The translations under genes were made by a program, and so were the position numbers. From a virus (lineage: Duplodnaviria; Caudoviricetes): DNA of 45,651 nucleotides. Under the pieces are notes generated by a model. The model had not been told where the DNA came from. It worked only from the letters and a program-made list of their open reading frames with translations, and made no database searches. This document shows, in pieces, positions 16,806-25,726 of this stretch (position 1 is the stretch's first letter; each line of letters opens with the position of its first letter). The stretch covers positions 1-45,651 of the IMG/VR virus record IMGVR_UViG_3300037478_000106; one strand, written 5' to 3'.

Positions 16806-17242
16806 GAAGCAGATTCTCGACTCGGACAATGGAAAGGGCAGACTGGGGAGGGCTTCAGTTCTTCACTCCTGACGAATTTGCAAATCCTGACAAGATGGGC
16901 TATGAGTTCATGTACTGGTTGGACAGCCTGAGGCAAAAGGCTGGTGTGCCTATGTATGTGTCTAGCAGCTATCGATCCACGCTGCGAAACGAACGAGTTG
17001 GCGGGGCACATAACTCGGCACATACAGATGATATCTGCAATGCAGTAGACATCAAGAAGAAGCCCCGCCTGGATGATCCGAACTGGAATCTTTCAAGGTT
17101 CTTGATTCTAAATGCGGCAACAGCTCTCGGCTGTGTTAGGATTGGGCTGTATGCTAATGGCTCGCTTCACTTCGATCGAACAGAAGACATCAGACCGTCT
17201 CCGCGGCTCTGGGTCATGGTAAATAACCCTGCGAGGCTCTAA
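16802..17242 (+). CDS. Endolysin, peptidase M15 family
   Basis: SSYRS...N..VGGAHNSAH...AVDI...LHFD zinc-ligand pattern. Confidence 0.85.
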   Translation: MRSRFSTRTMERADWGGLQFFTPDEFANPDKMGYEFMYWLDSLRQKAGVPMYVSSSYRSTLRNERVGGAHNSAHTDDICNAVDIKKKPRLDDPNWNLSRFLILNAATALGCVRIGLYANGSLHFDRTEDIRPSPRLWVMVNNPARL

Positions 17243-17697
17243 TGCCGTACACTAACGTTTGGAGTTTGAGTCTTCCTGATGGTGATGAGCCTGCTCCGAC
17301 GATAGATGATATCATTCGGCAGCTGAAGCTTGACCTAGAGGAACGCATCAATACGATTCTTGGGTTTCCGCAGGACCAGGCTTTTGCAGATCCACTCATT
17401 GCCTATTTCGATGCTGGAAACTCAGGAACAGCTAAGGAAATCGATTGGGCTAATGGGCCGATTCAGTATGTAACAATGACAGGGAACTGTGTCTTCACTT
17501 TTGCAAATGCTGTCTCAGGACGGCCTTATGTACTGGTGATGATCCAGGGCTCTGGTGGACATACTGCATCTTTGACAGGCTTCAACTTTGGTGATGGTGC
17601 TTTCACACCGAATACGGGAGCGGGCCTCAAGAATGCTGTGACTGGTCTGTGGGACGGCACTGAATACATCGCAGGTTCGTTCGCTACTGGAGTGTAA
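17242..17697 (+). CDS. Tail/fibre-associated protein
   Basis: IDWANG...VTMTGNCVFTFAN...YVLVMIQG beta-sandwich pattern seen in fibre domains. Confidence 0.6.
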   Translation: MPYTNVWSLSLPDGDEPAPTIDDIIRQLKLDLEERINTILGFPQDQAFADPLIAYFDAGNSGTAKEIDWANGPIQYVTMTGNCVFTFANAVSGRPYVLVMIQGSGGHTASLTGFNFGDGAFTPNTGAGLKNAVTGLWDGTEYIAGSFATGV

Positions 17698-17698
17698 C

Positions 17699-18085
17699 AT
17701 GCTCCATATCTTGCCGGCACTCTGCATTAGTGACGCTGGTGGTAGCGGAGCTGCGCCAACGATTCTTACAGCTACTGCAACAGAAGTCACGCCTATCGCT
17801 TGCGGTGGTGGCTGGACGATTGATGTAGGTTGGACGCTAGATTTCTTTAACGATGTCGGATACTACATCCGCATCTTGGATAAGGATCTAGTTATGATCG
17901 CTGATGGGCTGTTGACTAGTAGTTCTCCTGAGTTGGCATCTCCGCCAGATACTGGAGATCCACTGTTCACAGGTGAGAATCACAACGCAGAGTACACAGT
18001 TGAACTCCGTCGAGTTAGCGATGATGCACTGATCGACTCAATGGTTACGAACGAACTCACTGTTGAAACAGGACCGGCTTGCTAA
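17699..18085 (+). CDS. Hypothetical virion protein, 128 aa
   Basis: GGAG RBS; TAATG coupling. Confidence 0.6.
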   Translation: MLHILPALCISDAGGSGAAPTILTATATEVTPIACGGGWTIDVGWTLDFFNDVGYYIRILDKDLVMIADGLLTSSSPELASPPDTGDPLFTGENHNAEYTVELRRVSDDALIDSMVTNELTVETGPAC

Positions 18086-19668
18086 TGGCCAGATCTATCA
18101 CTCTTCGGCAAGGGTATCAGATGGGAGGAGCTGATGCACTAGCTCCGATTCCTGTTACCCTTTGGGACACGGCAAAGGGGATTGATCTAGAAACTCCACT
18201 TAGCCGACTTGGTCCTGATAAGATTCGATATGTAGAGAACTTCAAACTCACCGTAGCAGGCCGACTGATCTCTCGCGGCGGGGTTGGAGTTATCGGAGCA
18301 CAGGCAAGTAGCGACATCACTGGGCTAGTTAATGCTAGTGATGAGTCTGCTGTGGAGTATCCTGTTCGTGTGAGAACTGATGGCGTTGAGGTATTCAGTG
18401 GAAATGCTTGGGTGGTTTGCACAGGGCCTACCCTTGCTATCCCTGAGTATGCTTTTGTTGAGTTCTCTTCGTGGGCAGGCAAGTTGATGTTCAATGATCC
18501 ACTGGTAGGTGTTTACGAGCTGAATCTTGCGACTAAGTCTTACACACTTATTGCAGATGCGCCGGCTGGTAAGCATCTTACTGTGTTCGGCGGACGAGTG
18601 ATCGTATCAAATATCTCAGGGGAACCGACCAGAGTGCAGTGGTCAGTGAAGAATGACAACACTGATTGGGCAGGCTTAGGATCTGGTAATGATGATATGC
18701 TGTCTGCGCCTGGAGGTGTGGTCGATATTCAGCATGGCATTGTTCCTCTGACAGACACTGAAGCACTGATTATCCGATCGAACTCGATCTGGATTATGCA
18801 GCTGACAGGACTTGTAGACACTCCGTTTAACTTCTTCCATCGGTTTACGGAGGGTACAGACTCGCCTGCAAGTATTGCACCTATGCCTAATCAGCAAGTC
18901 GCAATGCTTGGAAGAGAGGATGTAGTTGTTGTGAGTCCTTCTGGAATCCAGTCGATTGGTCTGCCGATTCGTAAGGAGTTGATCGGTCAGGCTTATAAGC
19001 CTCAGAACGCTGTCGGTGTGTACGACTCGAAGAATATGGAGTATAGACTCTATGTTCCTCCGACGACGGTGAGTACTGAGTCTATCGTGTGGAGGTACAA
19101 GTTCCTCACGCAGACCTGGCATAAGGATGTGTTCCCGTTTGTAGTGCGTAGGATGGCTACAGGAAATGCCCAAGCAACCCTGACGATTAACGAGCTCACA
19201 GGTACGATCAATGATCTTACCGGACCGATTAATCAGTTGGGACTTCTCGGACGTACTCCTGGGATTCTCTTTGCAAATGGGGCCAGGTACGTAGGGAGAG
19301 AGTCTGAAGCAGGCACCACTGACATGACCACTGCAGGAAGCACTCAGGTCGTTCCTGCAGAAATCTGGACAGGTTTGGTTCAGCCGGCGGGTCCGTTGAA
19401 TAGGGTCAGCATGCTGAATCTTCAGCTTGAGTATACTTCCACAAGGAGTATCGATGTCGTCATTGAGATCTCTACTGACGGCGGTGGAACGTGGGAAGGA
19501 TATGGTAGTGTTACTCTGCTGTCTACTACTGCCCCTCGTCTTGGCGTTTTTCGACGAACTGTGGAAAGACCGCAGTTCATGATTCGACTTGCTGCGACTG
19601 ATGCCGTGGGGCTTGAACTGATTGCTGTACATGCAAGCACATTGCCGGGCGCTCCGGTGAATCTGTAG
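18085..19668 (+). CDS. Tail nozzle/head-closure protein (P22 gp10-like beta-propeller)
   Basis: ~527 aa, beta-rich; FGGRVIV, VQWS...DW and STDGGGTW motifs. Confidence 0.75.
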   Translation: MARSITLRQGYQMGGADALAPIPVTLWDTAKGIDLETPLSRLGPDKIRYVENFKLTVAGRLISRGGVGVIGAQASSDITGLVNASDESAVEYPVRVRTDGVEVFSGNAWVVCTGPTLAIPEYAFVEFSSWAGKLMFNDPLVGVYELNLATKSYTLIADAPAGKHLTVFGGRVIVSNISGEPTRVQWSVKNDNTDWAGLGSGNDDMLSAPGGVVDIQHGIVPLTDTEALIIRSNSIWIMQLTGLVDTPFNFFHRFTEGTDSPASIAPMPNQQVAMLGREDVVVVSPSGIQSIGLPIRKELIGQAYKPQNAVGVYDSKNMEYRLYVPPTTVSTESIVWRYKFLTQTWHKDVFPFVVRRMATGNAQATLTINELTGTINDLTGPINQLGLLGRTPGILFANGARYVGRESEAGTTDMTTAGSTQVVPAEIWTGLVQPAGPLNRVSMLNLQLEYTSTRSIDVVIEISTDGGGTWEGYGSVTLLSTTAPRLGVFRRTVERPQFMIRLAATDAVGLELIAVHASTLPGAPVNL

Positions 19669-19687
19669 TTTTCCATTAACGGAAAAG
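19668..19687. promoter_or_regulatory. Palindromic motif, copy 5
   Basis: GTTTTCCATTAACGGAAAAG followed by TAA-ATG, the same junction as copy 1. Confidence 0.7.
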
Positions 19688-19690
19688 TAA

Positions 19691-22600
19691 ATGCAGATTT
19701 CACAACTTGTAAGTGAACGAGATATTCCGCTCAGGGTACGCCAGCTTATTCAAGCTTTCAACCAGATTGAGCAAGCGGGCCTACCCGGAGTGGGCTATGT
19801 CGTAGGTCCTGCAAGCGCTACTGATTCAGCCATTGCCAGGTGGGATGGTACATCAGGCGCGCTGTTGAAGGATAGTGGGATTCTGATTGATGCTAGTAAT
19901 AACATCGCAGGGATTAATGACCTGTCGGCTATCACAGGTGATTTCTCTGTTGGTGTAACTTCACCGTTCTTTACAGGTGATCTGATCGGCACAGCAAGTC
20001 TGGCACTTCAGGCTGCTGCATTGCAGACGGCTAGAACTATCTGGGGCCAGTCTTTCGATGGTACAGCTGATGTTCTAGGTGCATTCTCAGGAGCTACCAC
20101 AGGTGACTTCTCTGGTGCAGTTACAGCACCTAGCTTCATTGGAGATCTCGCAGGTAATGCCGATACTGTCACGAATGGGGTGTATACTACAGGGTCTTAT
20201 GTAGATCCTGCATGGCTAGCTAGTTTGGCCTGGGGTAAGATTACAGGTACTCCAACGACAATCGCTGGCTATGGGATTACTGATTTCAACTCGCTTGGTG
20301 ATGCGAGGTGGACTCAGCATGATGGCACAGGTGCAACTGGCACTTGGGCGATCTCGATTAGCGGGAGCTCTGGCTCAACTACAGGTAATGCTGCGACTGC
20401 AACTGCACTTCTTAACACACGTACTATTTGGGGTCAGAACTTCAATGGTACGGCTAATGTAAGCGGTGCTCTGTCAGGTGCTACTACAGGAGCCTTCTCA
20501 ACTTCAGTAAGCACACCGATTGTCAGTAACAGTGGTACGCTGCAACTCAATGCACTAGGTGCCAACATTATCACGATGGCAACTAACGGAGTTGTACGCC
20601 TTACCATTGCTAGTAGCGGTTCGGCGGTGTTTACTTCATTCGTTGATGCTACACAGTTTCGTGCGCCTATTCTAGATTCTGGAAGTGCGACTGATCTTAT
20701 TCTTGAGCGTAATAATGTTGTAAAGGTTACTATTGGAGATTCACTAGTTACTTTTGCAACTCCTATTACGATATCTTCAGGCTCAGGCACACGGTTTACT
20801 GCAACTGGAACATCAGCAGATTTAGCGATTCTCAACCGTGACTCATCTGCTAGTACACTACGGATCCTAAGCTTCCAGCGCTCAGGAACCACAATGTACG
20901 GATGGGGGCTAAATCCTTCTGACCATGCAGCCTTAGTTGATTCAGGCGGTGTTCAACGCTTTAATATTGATCCTGCAAACGGTAATGTGTCAGTTCTTGG
21001 CACACTTAGTGTTGCAGGACGTACTACTCTGTACGCACCTGCGTCAACAATCTTAAATCTTCGTGCGTCTGATGGGACGGTTAATCAGCGGGAGTGGTCC
21101 TTCCGTATTGATGGTACGACAGGAGCTTTGGACCTGCGTTCTGTACTGGATAATAACACCACAGTGCAGGCAATCTACAGCATCAATCACACGACTGGTG
21201 TGATAACGTTCTCACAGACGATTAGTGGTTCAATCACAGGAAGTTCTGGATCTACGACAGGGAACGCAGCAACAGCAACAGCATTGCAGAATACACGGAC
21301 AATCTGGGGTCAGAACTTTGATGGTACGGCTAATGTAATAGGTGCTCTGACAGGTGTAACTACGATCGGGATGAGTGGTTTGCTCACGTTCACGACGACG
21401 AACGCGAACAGCATTATGGTCACGCGCACCTCGTCAGCCACCAACTCGAGCATCGCGTTCGGCACTACGTCAGGCACAGTGTATATCGGCCAGGGTGCGG
21501 CGAACACCTTCGCGATTCGCGACACGGCCGATCTCGCTGACGTGCCGTGGTTCACCGTGTCTTCAAGCGCGGTGACTGCATCTCTCTTCGTCGGCGATCT
21601 ACAAGGAACAGCCGATGAAGCTCTGCTGGCTGATGTGGCATTGCTCGCTAACGAGGCAACAATACTCGAAACAACGCGTACGATTTGGGGACAGAGCTTT
21701 AATGGCTCAGCAAATGTCAGCGGCGCACTCAGTAGTGTGACGACTGGAGCGTTCTCAAGTAACGTCACGGTTGGAGGCACATTGGGCGCGACTGGAGTAC
21801 TCACTGCGTCGGGCGGAGTCGTCGGCAATCTCACAGGCAACGCATCAACAGCGACGACCCTGCAAACGTCACGTACAATCTGGGGACAGAGCTTTAATGG
21901 CTCAGCAAATGTACAGGGTTCGATCGATCTAACGCAAGACGGAAACTCTACTATTCGCGGCACGTTAGAAGGAACGAACTTTCATGAAGCTGTTACACTG
22001 GCCGTGAACTTAAAGTATGGCGGCTCAGGAAATATTGAGACTGCCTCGAACTGGACTTACATTAACGCAGCAGGTGCAAATAATAATGCTGGACATGTGC
22101 TGCTGATGAAGGGGAATGGAACAGAGTCAGGACAGTGGGCGAAGTGGAACTTTGCACCGCTGTCAACAGGTGCTGCTGCTGCGCTGACTTCGTGGACGAA
22201 CGTAATGACGATGACAGTAGCTGGCGTTACATTCTTGTCAGCTACTATTAGCAATGGCTTGACTGTAACTGCTGGAGGTGCCAGCCTGGGCGGGGGCGCA
22301 AGCATTGGAGGTTCTGTCACGGTGACGACAGGTGATCTCACGATGAGTGCTGGTCGTATCCTAACAACAGCCAGCGCTTCAGGCGGATCAGGTTTCCGGC
22401 TTCCGCATGGAGCAGCTCCAAGCGCACCAGTTAATGGAGATCTCTGGACAACGACATCAGGCCTGTTTGCTCGGATTAACGGTGCAACAGTTGGACCCTT
22501 TGCTACCTCAAGTGGTTCAGGTGACGTTGTAGGCCCAGGCTCAGCAACTGATGATGCTATTGCAACCTTTGATGGTGCAACTGGCAAGTTGATTCAGAAC

Positions 22601-23245
22601 AGCACTGCTACCATCATTGGTAACATTTTGAAGTTGAATGGATCAGCTGAACTGCTTCATCTGAATGATAATGTCTCAGGATCAGACGCAGCAATGACTT
22701 CATGGCTGGCCTTCCAGCGTGCAGGTACAAATAAGGGATGGCTTGGCTATACAGCGGCATCGTCAGGCTTGATGAATCTTGCTAACACGATTGGTGCAAT
22801 CAGTATTATTACAACTGCAAGTGCTTCAATCACGTTGTCTACAAATGGTACAACGCGACTCACGATTAGTGGTGCAGGTGTTGCTACAATCGCAGATCTT
22901 GCAGGTGTTGGTACACGAGTAGTCGGTGCAAATGCAAGTGGTGATCTAGTCATTACTACAGCAGGTTCTGGTGATGTCGTAGGACCAGGGTCTGCGACAG
23001 ATAATGCTATTGCTCGCTTCAACGGCACAGGCGGTAAAACGATCCAGAACAGTAGTGTTATTATTGATGACTCAAATAATATCACAGGTGTTGTTAACCT
23101 TACTTCCACTGGAATCATCCGCTCAGGTGCTTCAGGCTTCAATGTGAATGGTACTCCTGGAGTTAGTGCTGGCCCACTCAATGCAGCAGATTACTCGCTT
23201 ACATTCGTCGGTGGAATCTTGACCGACGCCACCTTCATCGCATAA
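19691..23245 (+). CDS. Tail fibre protein, 1184 aa
   Basis: G/S/T/A-rich; five RTIWGQxFxGxA repeats and three VVGPxSATDxAIA repeats. Confidence 0.85.
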   Translation: MQISQLVSERDIPLRVRQLIQAFNQIEQAGLPGVGYVVGPASATDSAIARWDGTSGALLKDSGILIDASNNIAGINDLSAITGDFSVGVTSPFFTGDLIGTASLALQAAALQTARTIWGQSFDGTADVLGAFSGATTGDFSGAVTAPSFIGDLAGNADTVTNGVYTTGSYVDPAWLASLAWGKITGTPTTIAGYGITDFNSLGDARWTQHDGTGATGTWAISISGSSGSTTGNAATATALLNTRTIWGQNFNGTANVSGALSGATTGAFSTSVSTPIVSNSGTLQLNALGANIITMATNGVVRLTIASSGSAVFTSFVDATQFRAPILDSGSATDLILERNNVVKVTIGDSLVTFATPITISSGSGTRFTATGTSADLAILNRDSSASTLRILSFQRSGTTMYGWGLNPSDHAALVDSGGVQRFNIDPANGNVSVLGTLSVAGRTTLYAPASTILNLRASDGTVNQREWSFRIDGTTGALDLRSVLDNNTTVQAIYSINHTTGVITFSQTISGSITGSSGSTTGNAATATALQNTRTIWGQNFDGTANVIGALTGVTTIGMSGLLTFTTTNANSIMVTRTSSATNSSIAFGTTSGTVYIGQGAANTFAIRDTADLADVPWFTVSSSAVTASLFVGDLQGTADEALLADVALLANEATILETTRTIWGQSFNGSANVSGALSSVTTGAFSSNVTVGGTLGATGVLTASGGVVGNLTGNASTATTLQTSRTIWGQSFNGSANVQGSIDLTQDGNSTIRGTLEGTNFHEAVTLAVNLKYGGSGNIETASNWTYINAAGANNNAGHVLLMKGNGTESGQWAKWNFAPLSTGAAAALTSWTNVMTMTVAGVTFLSATISNGLTVTAGGASLGGGASIGGSVTVTTGDLTMSAGRILTTASASGGSGFRLPHGAAPSAPVNGDLWTTTSGLFARINGATVGPFATSSGSGDVVGPGSATDDAIATFDGATGKLIQNSTATIIGNILKLNGSAELLHLNDNVSGSDAAMTSWLAFQRAGTNKGWLGYTAASSGLMNLANTIGAISIITTASASITLSTNGTTRLTISGAGVATIADLAGVGTRVVGANASGDLVITTAGSGDVVGPGSATDNAIARFNGTGGKTIQNSSVIIDDSNNITGVVNLTSTGIIRSGASGFNVNGTPGVSAGPLNAADYSLTFVGGILTDATFIA

Positions 23246-23249
23246 CCTC

Positions 23250-23774
23250 ATGGAAACCACTACAGAAGAAAACACTCTCATCGCGGAGCATGGACCTTGG
23301 AAGGTTCGACATTTGAGCCTAACATTAGAACGTCTCCAGCAGCTTTGGGAGAAGCTTTCAACGTACCACTCGTTGTTTAGCGACATGACTCGCGGAGATA
23401 CCAAGAACTTTGAGATCATCCTGTTGAGTCAAGATTCTTTCTGGATGGAAGTGGTGGATGAGGATGAGGAACTCATCGGTGTGATGTACCTCACTAACAC
23501 ACAAAGGCTCATCGATGCAGATGTGCACATTGTGTTCTTCGATCGAAAGCCGGCGGAGAAAGCAAGGCTCTGCCAGCTAACGATGGAGTGGATATTTCGA
23601 CAGTTTGCCTACCGACGGCTCACCGCGACGGTACCTTCGATATACTATGCAGTGATTCGACTAGCAAAGCATATCGGGTTCAAAGAAGAAGGCCGTAAGA
23701 GAGAATCACTGCTGATGGGTAATAAGTGGGTCGACGAGCAGATCCTTGGAATCCTTAGATCAGAGGTGCTATAA
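23250..23774 (+). CDS. GNAT (RimJ/RimL-like) acetyltransferase-fold protein
   Basis: RRLTATV...LAKHIGFKEEGRKRE...WVDEQILGILRSE. Confidence 0.8.
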   Translation: METTTEENTLIAEHGPWKVRHLSLTLERLQQLWEKLSTYHSLFSDMTRGDTKNFEIILLSQDSFWMEVVDEDEELIGVMYLTNTQRLIDADVHIVFFDRKPAEKARLCQLTMEWIFRQFAYRRLTATVPSIYYAVIRLAKHIGFKEEGRKRESLLMGNKWVDEQILGILRSEVL

Positions 23775-24514
23775 TGGGCGCTACAACGAAGAAGATGTCC
23801 ACGACCCCAGACGAGATCATGCCTCTGAGGGGTTCCATTCTGGACGCATTGCAGAGTGGTAACGTTGGGCCAGGCCGAGGTGGTAATCTGGGAAACAACC
23901 CTTACAACCAGTCCTGGATGAACTCAAATAGGGCTGTCACGCCTTATGATAAGCTTGCTACGAACGGGATTACTATGTTCGGTAATCTCGGCAAACAGTT
24001 GCAGGGACAGTATAAGCAAGACATGGGAGCATCGGATAACTTCCTGAACATGCTGAACTCTAACATGTTCCAGAGTGGTCCGAGCCTCGATTCTTTTGCT
24101 GATCCTAACGGAGCGTTGTTTAGCACAGTTCGTAATATGTACGATGATATGTTCAACCAGAACAGGGCTATGGCGCTGGCACAGGCCAAAGAATCCTCTG
24201 GCAATCTGACCGGAACAGGTTACGCAAATAACCTTGGAAGTGCTGTGAATAGATCGCTCGGCGAGCAGAATGCGACACTTGGTAGCCTGTTGAACCAACT
24301 CGCTATGGCACAGTATGGCCAGGAGAACTCGAACGCTCAGAATAACGCACAGCGCTTCATGCAGATGTTGCTTCAGATGTCTGGCCAGGGTGTTGGTCCG
24401 AGCCAGATTGTACAGTCAGGTGGTATTGGCGAGATCCTTGGACCGCTTGCAGGTATAGCTGGTTCATACTTCGGAGCTCGTCCAGCGGCTGCTGCTCCTG
24501 CCAAGACGGGGTGA
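23774..24514 (+). CDS. Putative DNA ejection/pilot protein
   Basis: G/N/Q/M-rich helical protein with a hydrophobic Gly-rich C-terminus; position. Confidence 0.6.
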   Translation: MGATTKKMSTTPDEIMPLRGSILDALQSGNVGPGRGGNLGNNPYNQSWMNSNRAVTPYDKLATNGITMFGNLGKQLQGQYKQDMGASDNFLNMLNSNMFQSGPSLDSFADPNGALFSTVRNMYDDMFNQNRAMALAQAKESSGNLTGTGYANNLGSAVNRSLGEQNATLGSLLNQLAMAQYGQENSNAQNNAQRFMQMLLQMSGQGVGPSQIVQSGGIGEILGPLAGIAGSYFGARPAAAAPAKTG

Positions 24515-24517
24515 TCT

Positions 24518-25726
24518 ATGACTATTCCGAGAATCGACAGTATCTGGGATTACGTTGGGGATGCTCTTCAGCGTGGTCATGGAAACTTCATGGGCGCACG
24601 AGACGATCGACTCCAGCGTGATGAAAGAGAAGCTATCCGTAAACAACAGGAAGACCTTGCGCTGCTGAACATGCTTGCTCAAGGAGTACAGTCAGGTACT
24701 GTATTCTCTAATGAGGCTAACTCTAATCCGATCGCTCAGAATCGAGGCATGGTGTTCAGGCCTTCGCAGCAAGAGCGTGCAACTCGGATTGCAGATATGC
24801 CTATGGGGGCTCCTGATATGCGTGGCATGGTAGCACCAGGAGCACCTCTGGTGATGCCTAAGCCATGGTCTGATGACCAGCGCAGACTTGCAGGAATGCC
24901 CACAGCAGATCAGATGGCTGTGGAGAGGACTGCTGGCAAGAAGGCCACTATCGAAGGTCAGGTGACAGGGTTTGAGCAGTATCAGGCTCCTATTCAGTCC
25001 GCTGCAGAACGCTATGTTGCTGATGCGATTAACTCTGGGGTGAATGTAGAAAAATTCCCCCAGCTGATCGCTACGACAGCATACAACACATGGATGGAAG
25101 AGCAGAAAGCTTCTGGTGATATGGGAGTAGATGACCCAGGCCTTCAGACATGGGCAAGGTCTCACTTCGCCAAGGCTGTACAGGATGTGATTCAGCGCCA
25201 GGTTGAACTGAGAGCTCTTACCACACGAGCAGCGAACTCTGGCGGTGGAGCAGATCAGACTGTTCAGTGGGCAAGACTGTTGCAGGCTCGTAAGGAGGCA
25301 CTGTTCAAGAATATCGACTGGGCTGAGTCGCTTACGGAAGAGACTGCAAAGACATTCACAACTCCTGGATCACCAAGTTACATGCCTGAAGTTGCTAACG
25401 CACTGATGGAGAAGTATCGACTGGAACAGGCCCTGAATGAGATCTCTGGCACTATGCCAGGTGGTCAGCTTAATCTCTCGCCAGAGTCTCAGGCATACAT
25501 CCAGAGTCTTGCGCCTAGTGCAGGTACTGGCGGTGGTGGTACACCTAACCAAGGAGGTTCAGGTGCAATGGGAACTCCTATGTCACCAGAAGATATTTCG
25601 CGTGCGGTTCAGGTTGGCAAGCAAATCCCTCAGGCGCAACGTCAAGCATGGTTTGATTCTAAGAAGGCTACTCTCACTCCGCAGGATAAAGCAACTATCG
25701 CTTCGCGGCTTGGAGTTTCCCCATGA
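24518..25726 (+). CDS. Putative DNA ejection protein
   Basis: A/Q-rich helical 402 aa between the pilot and the large internal protein. Confidence 0.55.
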   Translation: MTIPRIDSIWDYVGDALQRGHGNFMGARDDRLQRDEREAIRKQQEDLALLNMLAQGVQSGTVFSNEANSNPIAQNRGMVFRPSQQERATRIADMPMGAPDMRGMVAPGAPLVMPKPWSDDQRRLAGMPTADQMAVERTAGKKATIEGQVTGFEQYQAPIQSAAERYVADAINSGVNVEKFPQLIATTAYNTWMEEQKASGDMGVDDPGLQTWARSHFAKAVQDVIQRQVELRALTTRAANSGGGADQTVQWARLLQARKEALFKNIDWAESLTEETAKTFTTPGSPSYMPEVANALMEKYRLEQALNEISGTMPGGQLNLSPESQAYIQSLAPSAGTGGGGTPNQGGSGAMGTPMSPEDISRAVQVGKQIPQAQRQAWFDSKKATLTPQDKATIASRLGVSP

